Shown here one piece after another: positions 26,611 to 38,673 of a DNA stretch of 64,000 nucleotides; the first letter of the stretch is position 1; each line of letters opens with the position of its first letter. The stretch covers positions 156,294,329-156,358,328 of the forward strand of contig NC_068983.1 in assembly GCF_001194135.2 (NCBI RefSeq), written 5' to 3'. Both the position numbers and the translations under genes were made by a program. The notes beneath the pieces are model-generated. The model was not told the origin of the DNA, did not search any database, and was given only the letters and a program-made list of their open reading frames with translations. This DNA comes from Octopus bimaculoides. Taxonomy: Eukaryota.

Positions 26611-27436
26611 ATAAAACAGAAATCTGAACCGTTAAAACATTTCAATTATTCATTTATTTATTAATTTAAAATAAGAAAAGCTAATTAGTTAGTATAAAGA
26701 AAAGTTTCTACTTCAGCTAAATTGAGATTCTTAAAGAAGCAAACTTTGAATACAACCAAAATTATAACTAAAATATGAGAAGCACAATTGAAAATTGAAT
26801 AGTTATCGATTTTGAACCGAAACAAAGAAAAATCAGAACGAAATGAGACGCCTTTAATTATTTTTCATCCATTCATTCGTTAGGCGGGTGACAAAAACAA
26901 AANNNNNNNNNNNNNNNNNNNNNNNNNNNNNNNNNNNNNNNNNNNNNNNNNNNNNNNNNNNNNNNNNNNNNNNNNNNNNNNNNNNNNNNNNNNNNNNNNN
27001 NNNNNNNNNNNNNNNNNNNNNNNNNNNNNNNNNNNNNNNNNNNNNNNNNNNNNNNNNNNNNNNNNNNNNNNNNNNNNNNNNNNNNNNNNNNNNNNNNNNN
27101 NNNNNNNNNNNNNNNNNNNNNNNNNNNNNNNNNNNNNNNNNNNNNNNNNNNNNNNNNNNNNNNNNNNNNNNNNNNNNNNNNNNNNNNNNNNNNNNNNNNN
27201 NNNNNNNNNNNNNNNNNNNNNNNNNNNNNNNNNNNNNNNNNNNNNNNNNNNNNNNNNNNNNNNNNNNNNNNNNNNNNNNNNNNNNNNNNNNNNNNNNNNN
27301 NNNNNNNNNNNNNNNNNNNNNNNNNNNNNNNNNNNNNNNNNNNNNNNNNNNNNNNNNNNNNNNNNNNNNNNNNNNNNNNNNNNNNNNNNNNNNNNNNNNN
27401 NNNNNNNNNNNNNNNNNNNNNNNNNNNNNNNNNNNN

Positions 27437-27468
<32 letters not shown>

Positions 27469-27854
27469 AATAGTTGTACAGCAAGGTACAAATGTTTGCT
27501 GGGAATAGCATTCGATAACTGTACGGTGCTATGCAAAGCTTCAATGAATGTATACTGTCAAAGATGTGTACGGGCAGCGAATATAAAAATTTTCGCCTTA
27601 CCTCTACGAAGAACACTGGATAGATGCACAACCTAGAATGGATAATCTAGTACTCGAGTTTCGGACTGTCCTAATACGCCTGTTATCGTAAAATCGGTTA
27701 GTTTGAACCCTTAGCCGTAAACAGAACCAAGATCAGTGCAAACGTTTTATATAAAAATTATAAATATTGTTGCAATACAACGGTATTATTTTCCAGCTAA
27801 ATAAAGCACAGTAAAAGTAGAATTTAAATCGGAAATAGTGGCAAAACGTACATA

Positions 27855-27891
<37 letters not shown>

Positions 27892-27938
27892 TGTGTGTGT
27901 AGATTACATACATAATATACATATTATGTATGTAATCT

Positions 27939-28200
27939 AGACGGAGACTTAGTTGTGCGGTAAGAAGCTTGTGTCCCAACCACATTGTTCATGGGATTGC
28001 ACCTAGGAAGTTCCCTTCCGAAGTACAAGTCCGGGCAAAGTTGTTTATTGAAGACCGGCAATCACCCATGCATACTAGCCTCCCCTCTCCTCGCCCCTGA
28101 TATTATTCAAGGGAAGGGCAAAGGCTTGCAATAGTGACGTTGCCACTCATTTCTAAACCTGGCTGAACTGGTTCATCGTGAAATAAAGTTTCTTGTTTGT
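27939..28200. mobile_element. SINE family A head (+) joined to a fragment of another SINE-like repeat
   Basis: AGTTGTGCGGTAAGAAGCTTGTGTCCCAACCACA resembles the head at 40578. The downstream CACTCATTT..TGAACTGG module is shared with 30500-30530. Confidence 0.55.
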
Positions 28201-28388
28201 TCATCTGTAAGTTTGTTCCCACCACCTCTTATCAAATCTAATTCATTTCTTTACGTCTGTGAACTTTACCGATACCAGACATAAAAATAAACACTTGGTT
28301 CGGTTTTCTCTACTAAACCCTTCAACATGTAGCGCAAGTACAGCCGCAGTCTAATGAGTGAAACAAGAGGATACGCACGCACACACAA

Positions 28389-28419
<31 letters not shown>

Positions 28420-29325
28420 CCTATATATATATATATATATGTNNNNNNNNNNNNNNNNNNNNNNNNNNNNNNNNNNNNNNNNNNNNNNNNNNNNNNNNNN
28501 NNNNNNNNNNNNNNNNNNNNNNNNNNNNNNNNNNNNNNNNNNNNNNNNNNNNNNNNNNNNNNNNNNNNNNNNNNNNNNNNNNNNNNNNNNNNNNNNNNNN
28601 NNNNNNNNNNNNNNNNNNNNNNNNNNNNNNNNNNNNNNNNNNNNNNNNNNNNNNNNNNNNNNNNNNNNNNNNNNNNNNNNNNNNNNNNNNNNNNNNNNNN
28701 NNNNNNNNNNNNNNNNNNNNNNNNNNNNNNNNNNNNNNNNNNNNNNNNNNNNNNNNNNNNNNNNNNNNNNNNNNNNNNNNNNNNNNNNNNNNNNNNNNNN
28801 NNNNNNNNNNNNNNNNNNNNNNNNNNNNNNNNNNNNNNNNNNNNNNNNNNNNNNNNNNNNNNNNNNNNNNNNNNNNNNNNNNNNNNNNNNNNNNNNNNNN
28901 NNNNNNNNNNNNNNNNNNNNNNNNNNNNNNNNNNNNNNNNNNNNNNNNNNNNNNNNNNNNNNNNNNNNNNNNNNNNNNNNNNNNNNNNNNNNNNNNNNNN
29001 NNNNNNNNNNNNNNNNNNNNNNNNNNNNNNNNNNNNNNNNNNNNNNNNNNNNNNNNNNNNNNNNNNNNNNNNNNNNNNNNNNNNNNNNNNNNNNNNNNNN
29101 NNNNNNNNNNNNNNNNNNNNNNNNNNNNNNNNNNNNNNNNNNNNNNNNNNNNNNNNNNNNNNNNNNNNNNNNNNNNNNNNNNNNNNNNNNNNNNNNNNNN
29201 NNNNNNNNNNNNNNNNNNNNNNNNNNNNNNNNNNNNNNNNNNNNNNNNNNNNNNNNNNNNNNNNNNNNNNNNNNNNNNNNNNNNNNNNNNNNNNNNNNNN
29301 NNNNNNNNNNNNNNNNNNNNNNNNN

Positions 29326-29393
<68 letters not shown>

Positions 29394-29520
29394 GATAGAT
29401 AGATGGATAGATAGATAGATAGAAAGATAGATAGATGGATGGATGGATGGACGGATGGATGGATGGATACATGGATAGACTCACACACACACCCACACAC
29501 AGATACACACATACATATGT
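29326..29520. repeat. (TG)n/(TAGA)n/(TGGA)n compound microsatellite right of gap 28443-29325
   Basis: Visible. Confidence 0.96.
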
Positions 29521-30239
29521 ATAAATATATATATGCGGAGAGAAAGAAAGAGTGAGAGAATTGGTCAGCAAAAGAGAAGCATTACGTAGTGCCGCAGTAA
29601 AATCTAGTCAAATCTCCCTCCAACCGCATTCTGGTGTCTGCCAAATAATAAGGCCGATTGTCTGACTTGTGATGCCTTTGATCATCCGTATACGCGATCA
29701 TAACTGGTCTATTACTTAACGAAAAGATTTGATATATACGTGCCCAATACAGGTGATTAAATAACGATTTATAAACGTCATTTAATTATAATCTTGATTA
29801 TAATTAAATTTAACTCGTATAAATGGCAAGTAGATTTCTGCTATTGGTATATATTCGATTTTCATTATCAACTGCAGTTTGAAGAATATTACAATTCTTT
29901 TTAATATGGAATCATTGGAACAACTAGCGATGGAATACAAATCTAAAATCGTAATTTATTTGGGGATGTAATCAGCAACGTTCATACGAAACCTACTGAT
30001 ATTGTGTCTCCATAGTTTTTATCGAGTAAAAATAAAGTGTTTTCAATTGTCTATAGAATTCTTTGTTTTGTACATTCCATTCATTATCGATTTATACCTT
30101 TCGAGAGAAAATAAATATTTACATTAGAAACATTTAAAATTAACTTAATGGGTTTTAAAAAATAATAGAATCGGTTTTCTTCTCATAATACCAAGCTCCT
30201 CAATACATATCAGTCTTCTTATATACACATGTATGTATG

Positions 30240-30276
<37 letters not shown>

Positions 30277-30344
30277 GCATATATGTGTGCATGTATAAAT
30301 ATATGCATGTGTGTGTGAGTATGTGTTTGTACGTGTAAGTTGGC

Positions 30345-30620
30345 AATATATAACTGGCACTCTTTCAGTTATGACGACGAGTGTTTCAGTTGAGCCGATC
30401 AACGGAACAGCCTGATTGCGCAGTTAATGTGCCAGTGGATGAGCACTCCACAAACACGGGAAATTCAATTTGAAACGGACTGTGACGAGGCTGGTCCAGG
30501 CGCAACTCATTTTTGCCATGTGAACTGGAGTAAAGGATAACACGCACCGCCAGGTGTCGAGCTCATGACCTTACGATCGTGTGTCGAATGACCTAACCAC
30601 TATACCACGCGCCTTCGCTA
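30345..30620 (-). mobile_element. tRNA-headed SINE family D, degenerate
   Basis: Reverse-complement head GGCGCGTGGTATAGTGGTTAGG...GAGCTCGACACC (A/B-box-like). Its 3' body is homologous to family C (59030-59135). Confidence 0.7.
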
Positions 30621-30836
30621 TGTAAGTAAAATACGATTTTTTTCCCCACAACCTGCTTTCTAAAGGTAACAGTAGAAAGTATTGCAGCACTTAAAATAAC
30701 CAAATAAATAATTTATTTAAAACGCAGTAATAAAAATACATATATTTAATATATTATTATATATATTTTAGGTAGGACAAGCATTATCTGATATCGAAAT
30801 TATTATGTTGACTAGAGTGGACATATTTATATATAG

Positions 30837-30881
<45 letters not shown>

Positions 30882-30885
30882 TGTG

Positions 30886-32515
30886 TGGATTCAACTGCTG
30901 CTCCTGGTGGTTTTCTAGCAATCCTCCTCAAATCGTGCTCTGGCGAAACCACTGCGGATTTTCTTCCAGAGTTTTCTTGTGAATGGCAAGCTGCCAAGCA
31001 AGCTGAAGGAGGGAATAATATGCCCAATCCATAAAGGAGGAAGCAGAGCAGATGCCAAAAATTATAGGCCTATCTCTCTGACTTCACACATCAGCAAAGT
31101 CACGGAACGGATAGTCAGAGGGAAACTAATCGCATTCCTTGAAAAAAACGACTTGCTGAGTGATACCCAGCATGGCTTTCGACCACGTAGGAGCTGTGTG
31201 GCCCAGCTCTTACAGTACTATGACTGTGTATTCAGGCAGTTACTCGACATCTCAAATGTGGACGTAATATACCTTGATTTTGCAAAAGCTTTTGATAAAG
31301 TGGATCATGGTATGTTATGCCACAAACTGCGTGATCTCGGCATAGCTGGAAAACTTAGAGAGTGGGCACATGGACTTTCTGAAAGACAGATGTCAGGCAG
31401 TAATAGCTAATAGAGACACCTCAAAGAAAACACAAATTGTGAGTGAGTGGTGTTCCACAGAGATTTTCAAAGTGGCTCTCTCAGATATGCGCGCAGGTAC
31501 CCGCATAGCCACCCTTGCTAGCTACACAAACGATACGAAAGTCTCGCAGAAAATACAGAACCTCAGCGCTGTTACACATCTGCAGCAAGAGTTGGACTCA
31601 ATTTACAGATGGGCTGAGGACAATAATATGCAGTTTCATGCTGAAAAGTTCCAAGTCCTGCGCAACCAGCGTCCAAACCTGAATATAAAACTTACAGGAT
31701 ACAGTGGCCCACAGGGGATTACAATCCCAGAAGCTAAATAAGTGCGGGACCTGGATATCGACATGAATGATGATACCTCTTTCCAAATGCACATTACCAG
31801 GATAGGGACAAAGTGCAGACAACTGGCTGGCTGGGTCCTGAGAACGTTCAGAACCAGAGAGAAGGAACCCATGATGGTCCTCAGAAGGACATTCGTCCTT
31901 AGCCCCTTCACCGCCTGGATTATTGCTCCCAGCTATGGGCACCCCACAGTGAAAAACTTAACCACGGACCTTGAAGCAATCCAGCGAAGCTTCACAAAGA
32001 AGATCGTTTCATTGCAACAGCTCAGCTACTGGGATAGGTTAAAACAGCTAAGACTCTACTCCTTGGAGCGAAGGTGGGAGAGATATCCAGTAATATACAT
32101 CTGGAAGATCCTGGAAGGGTTTGTGTCAAATTTTGGCATTGAAAGCTACACGAATGCCAGACCGAATCGGCACTGTACAGTGCCAAAGATCTCAGCGATG
32201 CCATCGCGATTCAGAACCAGTTACTGCAACAGGCTGGGATTCGAAGTCCCACAACATTTTAAATGTTCTCTCAAAGAGCCTGAGAGACCTATACAAAGTT
32301 GATGTAGGTGTTTTCAAATGAAAACTGGATCTCCTCCTACCGAAAGTCCCAGATGAGTCTACATCACGGAAGGAGGTGCAAATGAGGGTAGCGACATCAA
32401 ACTCCCTTATTCACCAAATGCCACATATGAAAGGAGGCACCCAATAATAACTGGGTAGCAAAATGGCGTTGCCCCAGCATGTCCACAGCTTTAAGCTGAA
32501 ACTGGTTAAAAAAAT
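30886..32515 (+). mobile_element. 5'-truncated CR1-type LINE; RT pseudogene with 3' UTR
   Basis: ICPIHKGGSRADAKNYRPISLTSHISKV, QHGFRPRRSC, DVIYLDFAKAFDKVDH, SYTNDTK (YADDTK decayed), WAEDNNMQFHAEKFQVL, VRDLDI, LEAIQRSFTKKI..LSYWDRLKQLRLYSLERR. The GVPQG region is deleted and there are frameshifts at about 31370 and 31740. Confidence 0.93.
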
Positions 32516-33120
32516 AAATATATATATATATATACTATTTATATATTTACATATATATGTATGTGCGTGTGTGTGCGCGCGCGTTGGCACGCGTGTGGTG
32601 GGGTATAGGCAGCAATAATAAGAGAAGCTGATTTGTTTAAGTGATGCATTAAAGTATTGTGTTTTAAATAAGTCGTTTATTTCATGTGCTGCAATACTTT
32701 CGCCACATACCCTTAGAAAGCAGGTTGTGGCGAAAATCGTATTTTATAAATTTGCAAACAAGTTTTGTAAAAAAAAATATTCGAAATTCCGAAACCGTGC
32801 CGATCCTTCATTCTTAAGTGAAAGTACGTCAGCTAAAGCAGAAAATATTGAAAATATCGGTATAGAAAGAAGGTGATATTGTTGTTTCCAATTATGTAAT
32901 TAAAATGTTTGATGATAGAGTTTGAATTGTGATAAAATGTACTTTGAGATTTCTTTAAAAGAATATATATACAAGAGCATTCTAGTGCTTAAATTGTATA
33001 GATATACTCCACTGGATAGATAAATCAATCAAATGTTTCTTCTTGTTCTCCACTATGTATTCTTTCAAAGAAAATGCAGTTCCATGATGAGAATATTACA
33101 AATCGAATTAATATTCTACT

Positions 33121-33336
33121 TGAAGCATGCACAACCTATTATGAAATCTACAAGCACTTGAAAAAGAAAATCTCAATTTCTCTGCCCACTATTACAATTT
33201 AGGAATATCTAGCTGTACCCTCAAACTAACAAAAATTCTTAGAATAAACCTCTCTGAAAATTATAATTGCGCCAGACCAATTTTGATTCCCTTAGATAAT
33301 ATTTTCGCATGCATTGGGAGGAATATCCTGACATAA
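33121..33336 (+). pseudogene. Possible TRPM S6/TRP-helix remnant
   Basis: A single frame starting at 33121 reads HNLL*NLQA...TKILRINLSENYNCARPILIPLDNIF, cf. TRPM TNILLLNLLIA...[25 protein letters not shown]. The TRP-box W is lost. Confidence 0.4.
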
Positions 33337-34071
33337 TACATCACGGTTTATTAAACGCAAGTTAGAAAACATGTATCTGGCTTCCTTAGTAGACCGACTA
33401 CTGTACAAAGAAATGACACCAGCATTGATGGTTTTTTCAACAACGATACAATATCTATTTTGCTCACAACAGAGCATATATTCGAAGAACTTATATATAA
33501 GAAACTATTTCTTATAATCGACGTTTTGAAATAATTTAACCTAAAACGCCATGTAGTATGCAAAAATACCCATTCATGTTATCACATTAGCATCGTTGTT
33601 TTAGTTACGACATTATCCGCTTCGAAGCATCAGAGAACGTGTGTTTCATATAAGTGTATTAAGTTACTTTGATTAAAGTAGAGTCAGAGTGACGAAGTGA
33701 TTGGTGGTAGGTTTAGAGAGATAGAACTGACAGGGAAGCTAATAAGGATAGAGAGATGGAAGAGACGATATCAAGAATAGTTTAAGGAAGATGCTGGAAT
33801 TTAATTGGACAGAGCATAAGAATTCTCTGTCATTTTAAAACACACATTTTACGTGTGGTTGTTTTCTTTGTTGTATGTCCAGGTATTGTTTTTACATGTA
33901 TAAGTATAGGAGATACCAAAATAGAAACTTTCAGTAGAATAAACTTACACCTATGCAGATTTCCGATCTGATAATATTTGTCCACGTGTTGCAAAAGACG
34001 CAATATTGAACACAGAAGACCTACCGCAAAAATTATTTAAAAAAGAAAACAATGAAAATAACTCACCTATA

Positions 34072-34176
34072 GGCGTGGCACCTTGGGCAAGTGTCGTCTA
34101 TTATTGCCTCGGGCCAACCAAAGCATTGTCAGTGGATTTGGTAGATGGAAACTGAAAGAAGCCCGTCGTATATATG

Positions 34177-34214
<38 letters not shown>

Positions 34215-34450
34215 CGTGTGTATGTGTGTGTGTGTGTGTGTGTGTCTGTCTGTGTGTCTGTGTCTGTGTTTGTCCCCCAGCATCGCTTGACAACTGATGC
34301 TGGTGTAACGTAGCGGTTCAGCAAAAGAAACCGATAGAATAAGTACTAGGCTTACAAAGAATAAGTCCTGGGGTCGATGGTCGACTAAAGGCGGTGTACC
34401 AGCATGGCCACAGTCAAAAGACTGAAACAAGTAATAGAGTAAAAAAGTAA
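34072..34450 (+). mobile_element. SINE family A, 5'-truncated, with internal (TA)/(TG) tract
   Basis: Homologous to 12597 and 40578; A-rich tail. Confidence 0.9.
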
Positions 34451-34720
34451 AACAGTACGTCCTACCACCCATAACTTTTCGATCCCATCGATGTAGCAAC
34501 ATAGTTTGCAGCAGAACTAGTCTTAGTTGCGTGGGCCAACTAAAACTGAATTAAGTTGTTTGTTGTCACAATGATAGGTTTATCATAGGCTGTGTGTGCA
34601 TATCTAATATTACGACAAATGTTTCTGATACAAAAAAGCAGGGTAAAGACGCTTTAACAATTCCAACTAATGAAATTTTTCGAACTCATCCGATGAGCTC
34701 TAACATGTTGTCTCTTTTCC

Positions 34721-34727
<7 letters not shown>

Positions 34728-34788
<61 letters not shown>

Positions 34789-34815
34789 CCCCCTCTCTCA
34801 CCCTCTCTCTCTCTC
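34728..34815. repeat. (CT)n microsatellite
   Basis: Visible. Confidence 0.97.
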
Positions 34816-35802
34816 AACACGCTCCCTCTCTTTCACTTTGTCTCTGCTTCGCTATTCCTGTCTGGGGACATACTTTTTTGAGATTAGTCTTTTTTTACTG
34901 ATTCTGTGAGTTGGTAATGTTTATTTAGAAGACTCTAAGTCGGAGATAATTATTGTTTACTAGTCTTTGCAGTACCATTAATCTATGTTAAACTAGACTC
35001 CATCTCTTTCTTCCTCATTTCTTTTTTTTTTCTCCCCTCTCCCTTTCACTTTTTCTCTAATTACTAGCAAGGAATGGATCTACTTTCTGTTTGCAGCAAT
35101 GACTGCAATATTCTGCTTTGCTCCGTTATCTTTTCTTAATTTTAACGAATTAACTGTTATATAATACTATGATGATTTTTTAATATATTCTTCGTTTGTC
35201 ATACCAACACACACATTGCTCTTATCTCTTAAACATATTACGATGCTGTTTTTCAGATCCATCCTAAAAAGCTTGTTTGCGATTCTTATCCACTATAATT
35301 CTGTTGTGTTTATACATGTGAGTGTAAATAAATTTCATCGTCAGAAGACAAAAGTTACATAACGTATTACAATAATAACATTAAAATTGGGTATGATGTT
35401 ATAATATATTTGTTAAAAGACATAAAACACATTTTTGAATACTAGCACGAGTTTGATTTGAAACATTTCCGGATCTTTTTTAAAACGGGGGCCACATTTT
35501 TCATTAATGTTTTACGTAGTGTTTTTGGTACCGAAAGACTTTCAAACTTCGTATACTTATCTATTTTGTGTTATAGAACAGAAAAATATTTATGTATTCA
35601 AATTTATTTCATGTAAAAAATTGTCTTATTTCGATAATTTCAACCAATCACTGACAAGTATTCAGTTGTTTACATTTACTCTTTTGGCTGATTAAGCCAT
35701 AGCTTCGTTTTATTTGCATTTTTCATTTTAAATTTGCTTTTTCCATTTTCTTTTTTTTTTCTTCGTTTTATTTGCTTTTTTCTTTTTAAATTTACTGCTT
35801 TA

Positions 35803-35819
35803 CCCTAACCCTAACCCTA
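35803..35819 (+). repeat. Short (CCCTAA)n telomere-type repeat next to gap 35830-36630
   Basis: CCCTAACCCTAACCCTA. Confidence 0.8.
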
Positions 35820-36729
35820 TCACCGATAGNNNNNNNNNNNNNNNNNNNNNNNNNNNNNNNNNNNNNNNNNNNNNNNNNNNNNNNNNNNNNNNNNNNNNNN
35901 NNNNNNNNNNNNNNNNNNNNNNNNNNNNNNNNNNNNNNNNNNNNNNNNNNNNNNNNNNNNNNNNNNNNNNNNNNNNNNNNNNNNNNNNNNNNNNNNNNNN
36001 NNNNNNNNNNNNNNNNNNNNNNNNNNNNNNNNNNNNNNNNNNNNNNNNNNNNNNNNNNNNNNNNNNNNNNNNNNNNNNNNNNNNNNNNNNNNNNNNNNNN
36101 NNNNNNNNNNNNNNNNNNNNNNNNNNNNNNNNNNNNNNNNNNNNNNNNNNNNNNNNNNNNNNNNNNNNNNNNNNNNNNNNNNNNNNNNNNNNNNNNNNNN
36201 NNNNNNNNNNNNNNNNNNNNNNNNNNNNNNNNNNNNNNNNNNNNNNNNNNNNNNNNNNNNNNNNNNNNNNNNNNNNNNNNNNNNNNNNNNNNNNNNNNNN
36301 NNNNNNNNNNNNNNNNNNNNNNNNNNNNNNNNNNNNNNNNNNNNNNNNNNNNNNNNNNNNNNNNNNNNNNNNNNNNNNNNNNNNNNNNNNNNNNNNNNNN
36401 NNNNNNNNNNNNNNNNNNNNNNNNNNNNNNNNNNNNNNNNNNNNNNNNNNNNNNNNNNNNNNNNNNNNNNNNNNNNNNNNNNNNNNNNNNNNNNNNNNNN
36501 NNNNNNNNNNNNNNNNNNNNNNNNNNNNNNNNNNNNNNNNNNNNNNNNNNNNNNNNNNNNNNNNNNNNNNNNNNNNNNNNNNNNNNNNNNNNNNNNNNNN
36601 NNNNNNNNNNNNNNNNNNNNNNNNNNNNNNTGTGTGTGTGTGTGTTGAAGACAGCTACGATTTCGACCTCCCGTGACATATCACTCTCTACAACGTAATT
36701 GATTCGAAGAGAGAAAGACAGGCAGACAG

Positions 36730-36766
<37 letters not shown>

Positions 36767-37145
36767 AGGGAAAAGGACAAGTTACAAAGAAAGATCATTC
36801 GGTTGTACAGACGTACTTTATTTTGTTAATCCCTGAACGGTGAAAGGCAAAAAGAGTTCACGTCAGAGCCCCGTGACCGAGAATAATTCAATGCCTAATA
36901 TACACACATTCACAATGTGTGTGTGTGTGTGTGTGTGTGCCTATGTATACTTTTTTGTTCATTGGGAGCGTTATACTGACAATGATATTCGAACACTGGC
37001 TAAATTTCATTTTTGTCTTAATTTTACATTAATTAATTAATTAGTCTATGAATCAGTAATATATACAAGTCGACAAAAATGACTTCATCTCACGCCGTTA
37101 TATTGTCGATTGTGCGTATAGCCTATGTTCGTATATAGCATCGTA

Positions 37146-37322
37146 AGGAGGTCAGCTGGCAGGTTCATTAGCACGCCGGTAAAATGTTTAGCGGCATTTT
37201 GCTTGTCTTTACGTTCTGAGTTCAAATTCGGCCAAGATCGTATTTTTTTGCCTTTCATCTATTAATCGACTTACACTTTCCTCGAAATTGTTAGCCGTGA
37301 GCCAAGATATGAAGCCAATTTA
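37146..37322 (+). mobile_element. SINE family B with internal deletion
   Basis: GCTGGCAGGTTCATTAGCACGCCGG...GTTCTGAGTTCAAATTCG. Confidence 0.8.
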
Positions 37323-38175
37323 TAGAATTTCAGTAAACTATTTTAGCTTCTCGAAAGGCATTGGTATTCACCATGGATAACATGTCTCTATCGTTGTAGA
37401 AGTGTGAAATCAAAATTCTAATGCGAGAGTGTTTTCTTTGCTCTTGGCCATGACGGTTAGTGTGTGTCTATGTCTGTATGTATGCATTTTGCTTCTTTTA
37501 TTGTTTATATCTTTATTTTGTTCTTAATTCCATTTGCAATTTTTTATTTTATGATATGTAGATATACACACACATACGCAGAAACATATGCATGCAGACT
37601 GACAGACAGACATACATACACACATCGCTTACAGTTATATATTGTAATATTTAACTATATTTCAACGCGGTCAAATTTGCCTGCCAACATTTCGGAGTCC
37701 ATAAAATAATACCAGCTGAACACTGCGGTGGATATAATCGTCTTAACTCCTCCTCGAAAACTGCTACCCTTGTGTTAAAATAGAAATACAAATATTTAAA
37801 TACATTCAAGTTCTTATGGCTCACTCTGTGTTCTGCAAAAAATATTTACTGTTTATTTAATGACAAGCTTTTAAAAGGCCAAGTAAACGAATTAGGCTAA
37901 CGACTAACATATAGCAACTAAAAATTCCATGCAATTAATTCAAGAAGGATTCTGTGTAGGTCTTTTATGAGGAGTGTTCAACAAACCATGAAACGCTCTA
38001 TCGGGAGATTCTGCGCGTTTTCCTACTCTTCAGAAGCATAAAAGAAATATGTTTACATATTTCTGAATTCACCCACGGTTAGGTTTTACAAAAGACACAA
38101 ACACACACACACACACAAACACACACGTAAATTCACACTTATACATATATAAATACATACATACATAAACACATC

Positions 38176-38248
<73 letters not shown>

Positions 38249-38284
38249 CAAAAAAACAATAACAAAAAAACAAAAAAACAACAA

Positions 38285-38450
38285 AGTGAGGACGTGATAT
38301 GGATAGTATTATTGGACGCTCAGGAAAGGAAAGAGAGAGTGTATGACGTTTCGGGCGTAGCCCTTCGTCGGAAAGATGGAAAGTTCGGAGAATGGAAGAA
38401 CGGAGAAAGAGGAAAATGGTACCGATACCCACGAGGTTACATGATGGTTA
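38285..38450 (-). mobile_element. Probable Penelope-like element terminal (pLTR) fragment between (TA)n tracts
   Basis: Contains the hammerhead-like motif at 38341-38375. Minimal hammerheads are an established hallmark of PLE termini. Confidence 0.55.
38341..38375 (-). ncRNA. Minimal type I hammerhead-ribozyme-like motif
   Basis: Minus strand: TTT-CCGACGA-A-GGGC-TAC-GCCC-GAA-ACGT-C, i.e. core variant, perfect 4-bp stem II, GAAA, palindromic ACGT stem III and a GUC triplet. Stem I pairs poorly in this copy. Confidence 0.55.
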
Positions 38451-38673
38451 TATATATNNNNNNNNNNNNNNNNNNNNNNNNNNNNNNNNNNNNNNNNNNN
38501 NNNNNNNNNNNNNNNNNNNNNNNNNNNNNNNNNNNNNNNNNNNNNNNNNNNNNNNNNNNNNNNNNNNNNNNNNNNNNNNNNNNNNNNNNNNNNNNNNNNN
38601 NNNNNNNNNNNNNNNNNNNNNNNNNNNNNNNNNNNACACTTATATACAATAAAGGAATAAATATTCGAAAATA

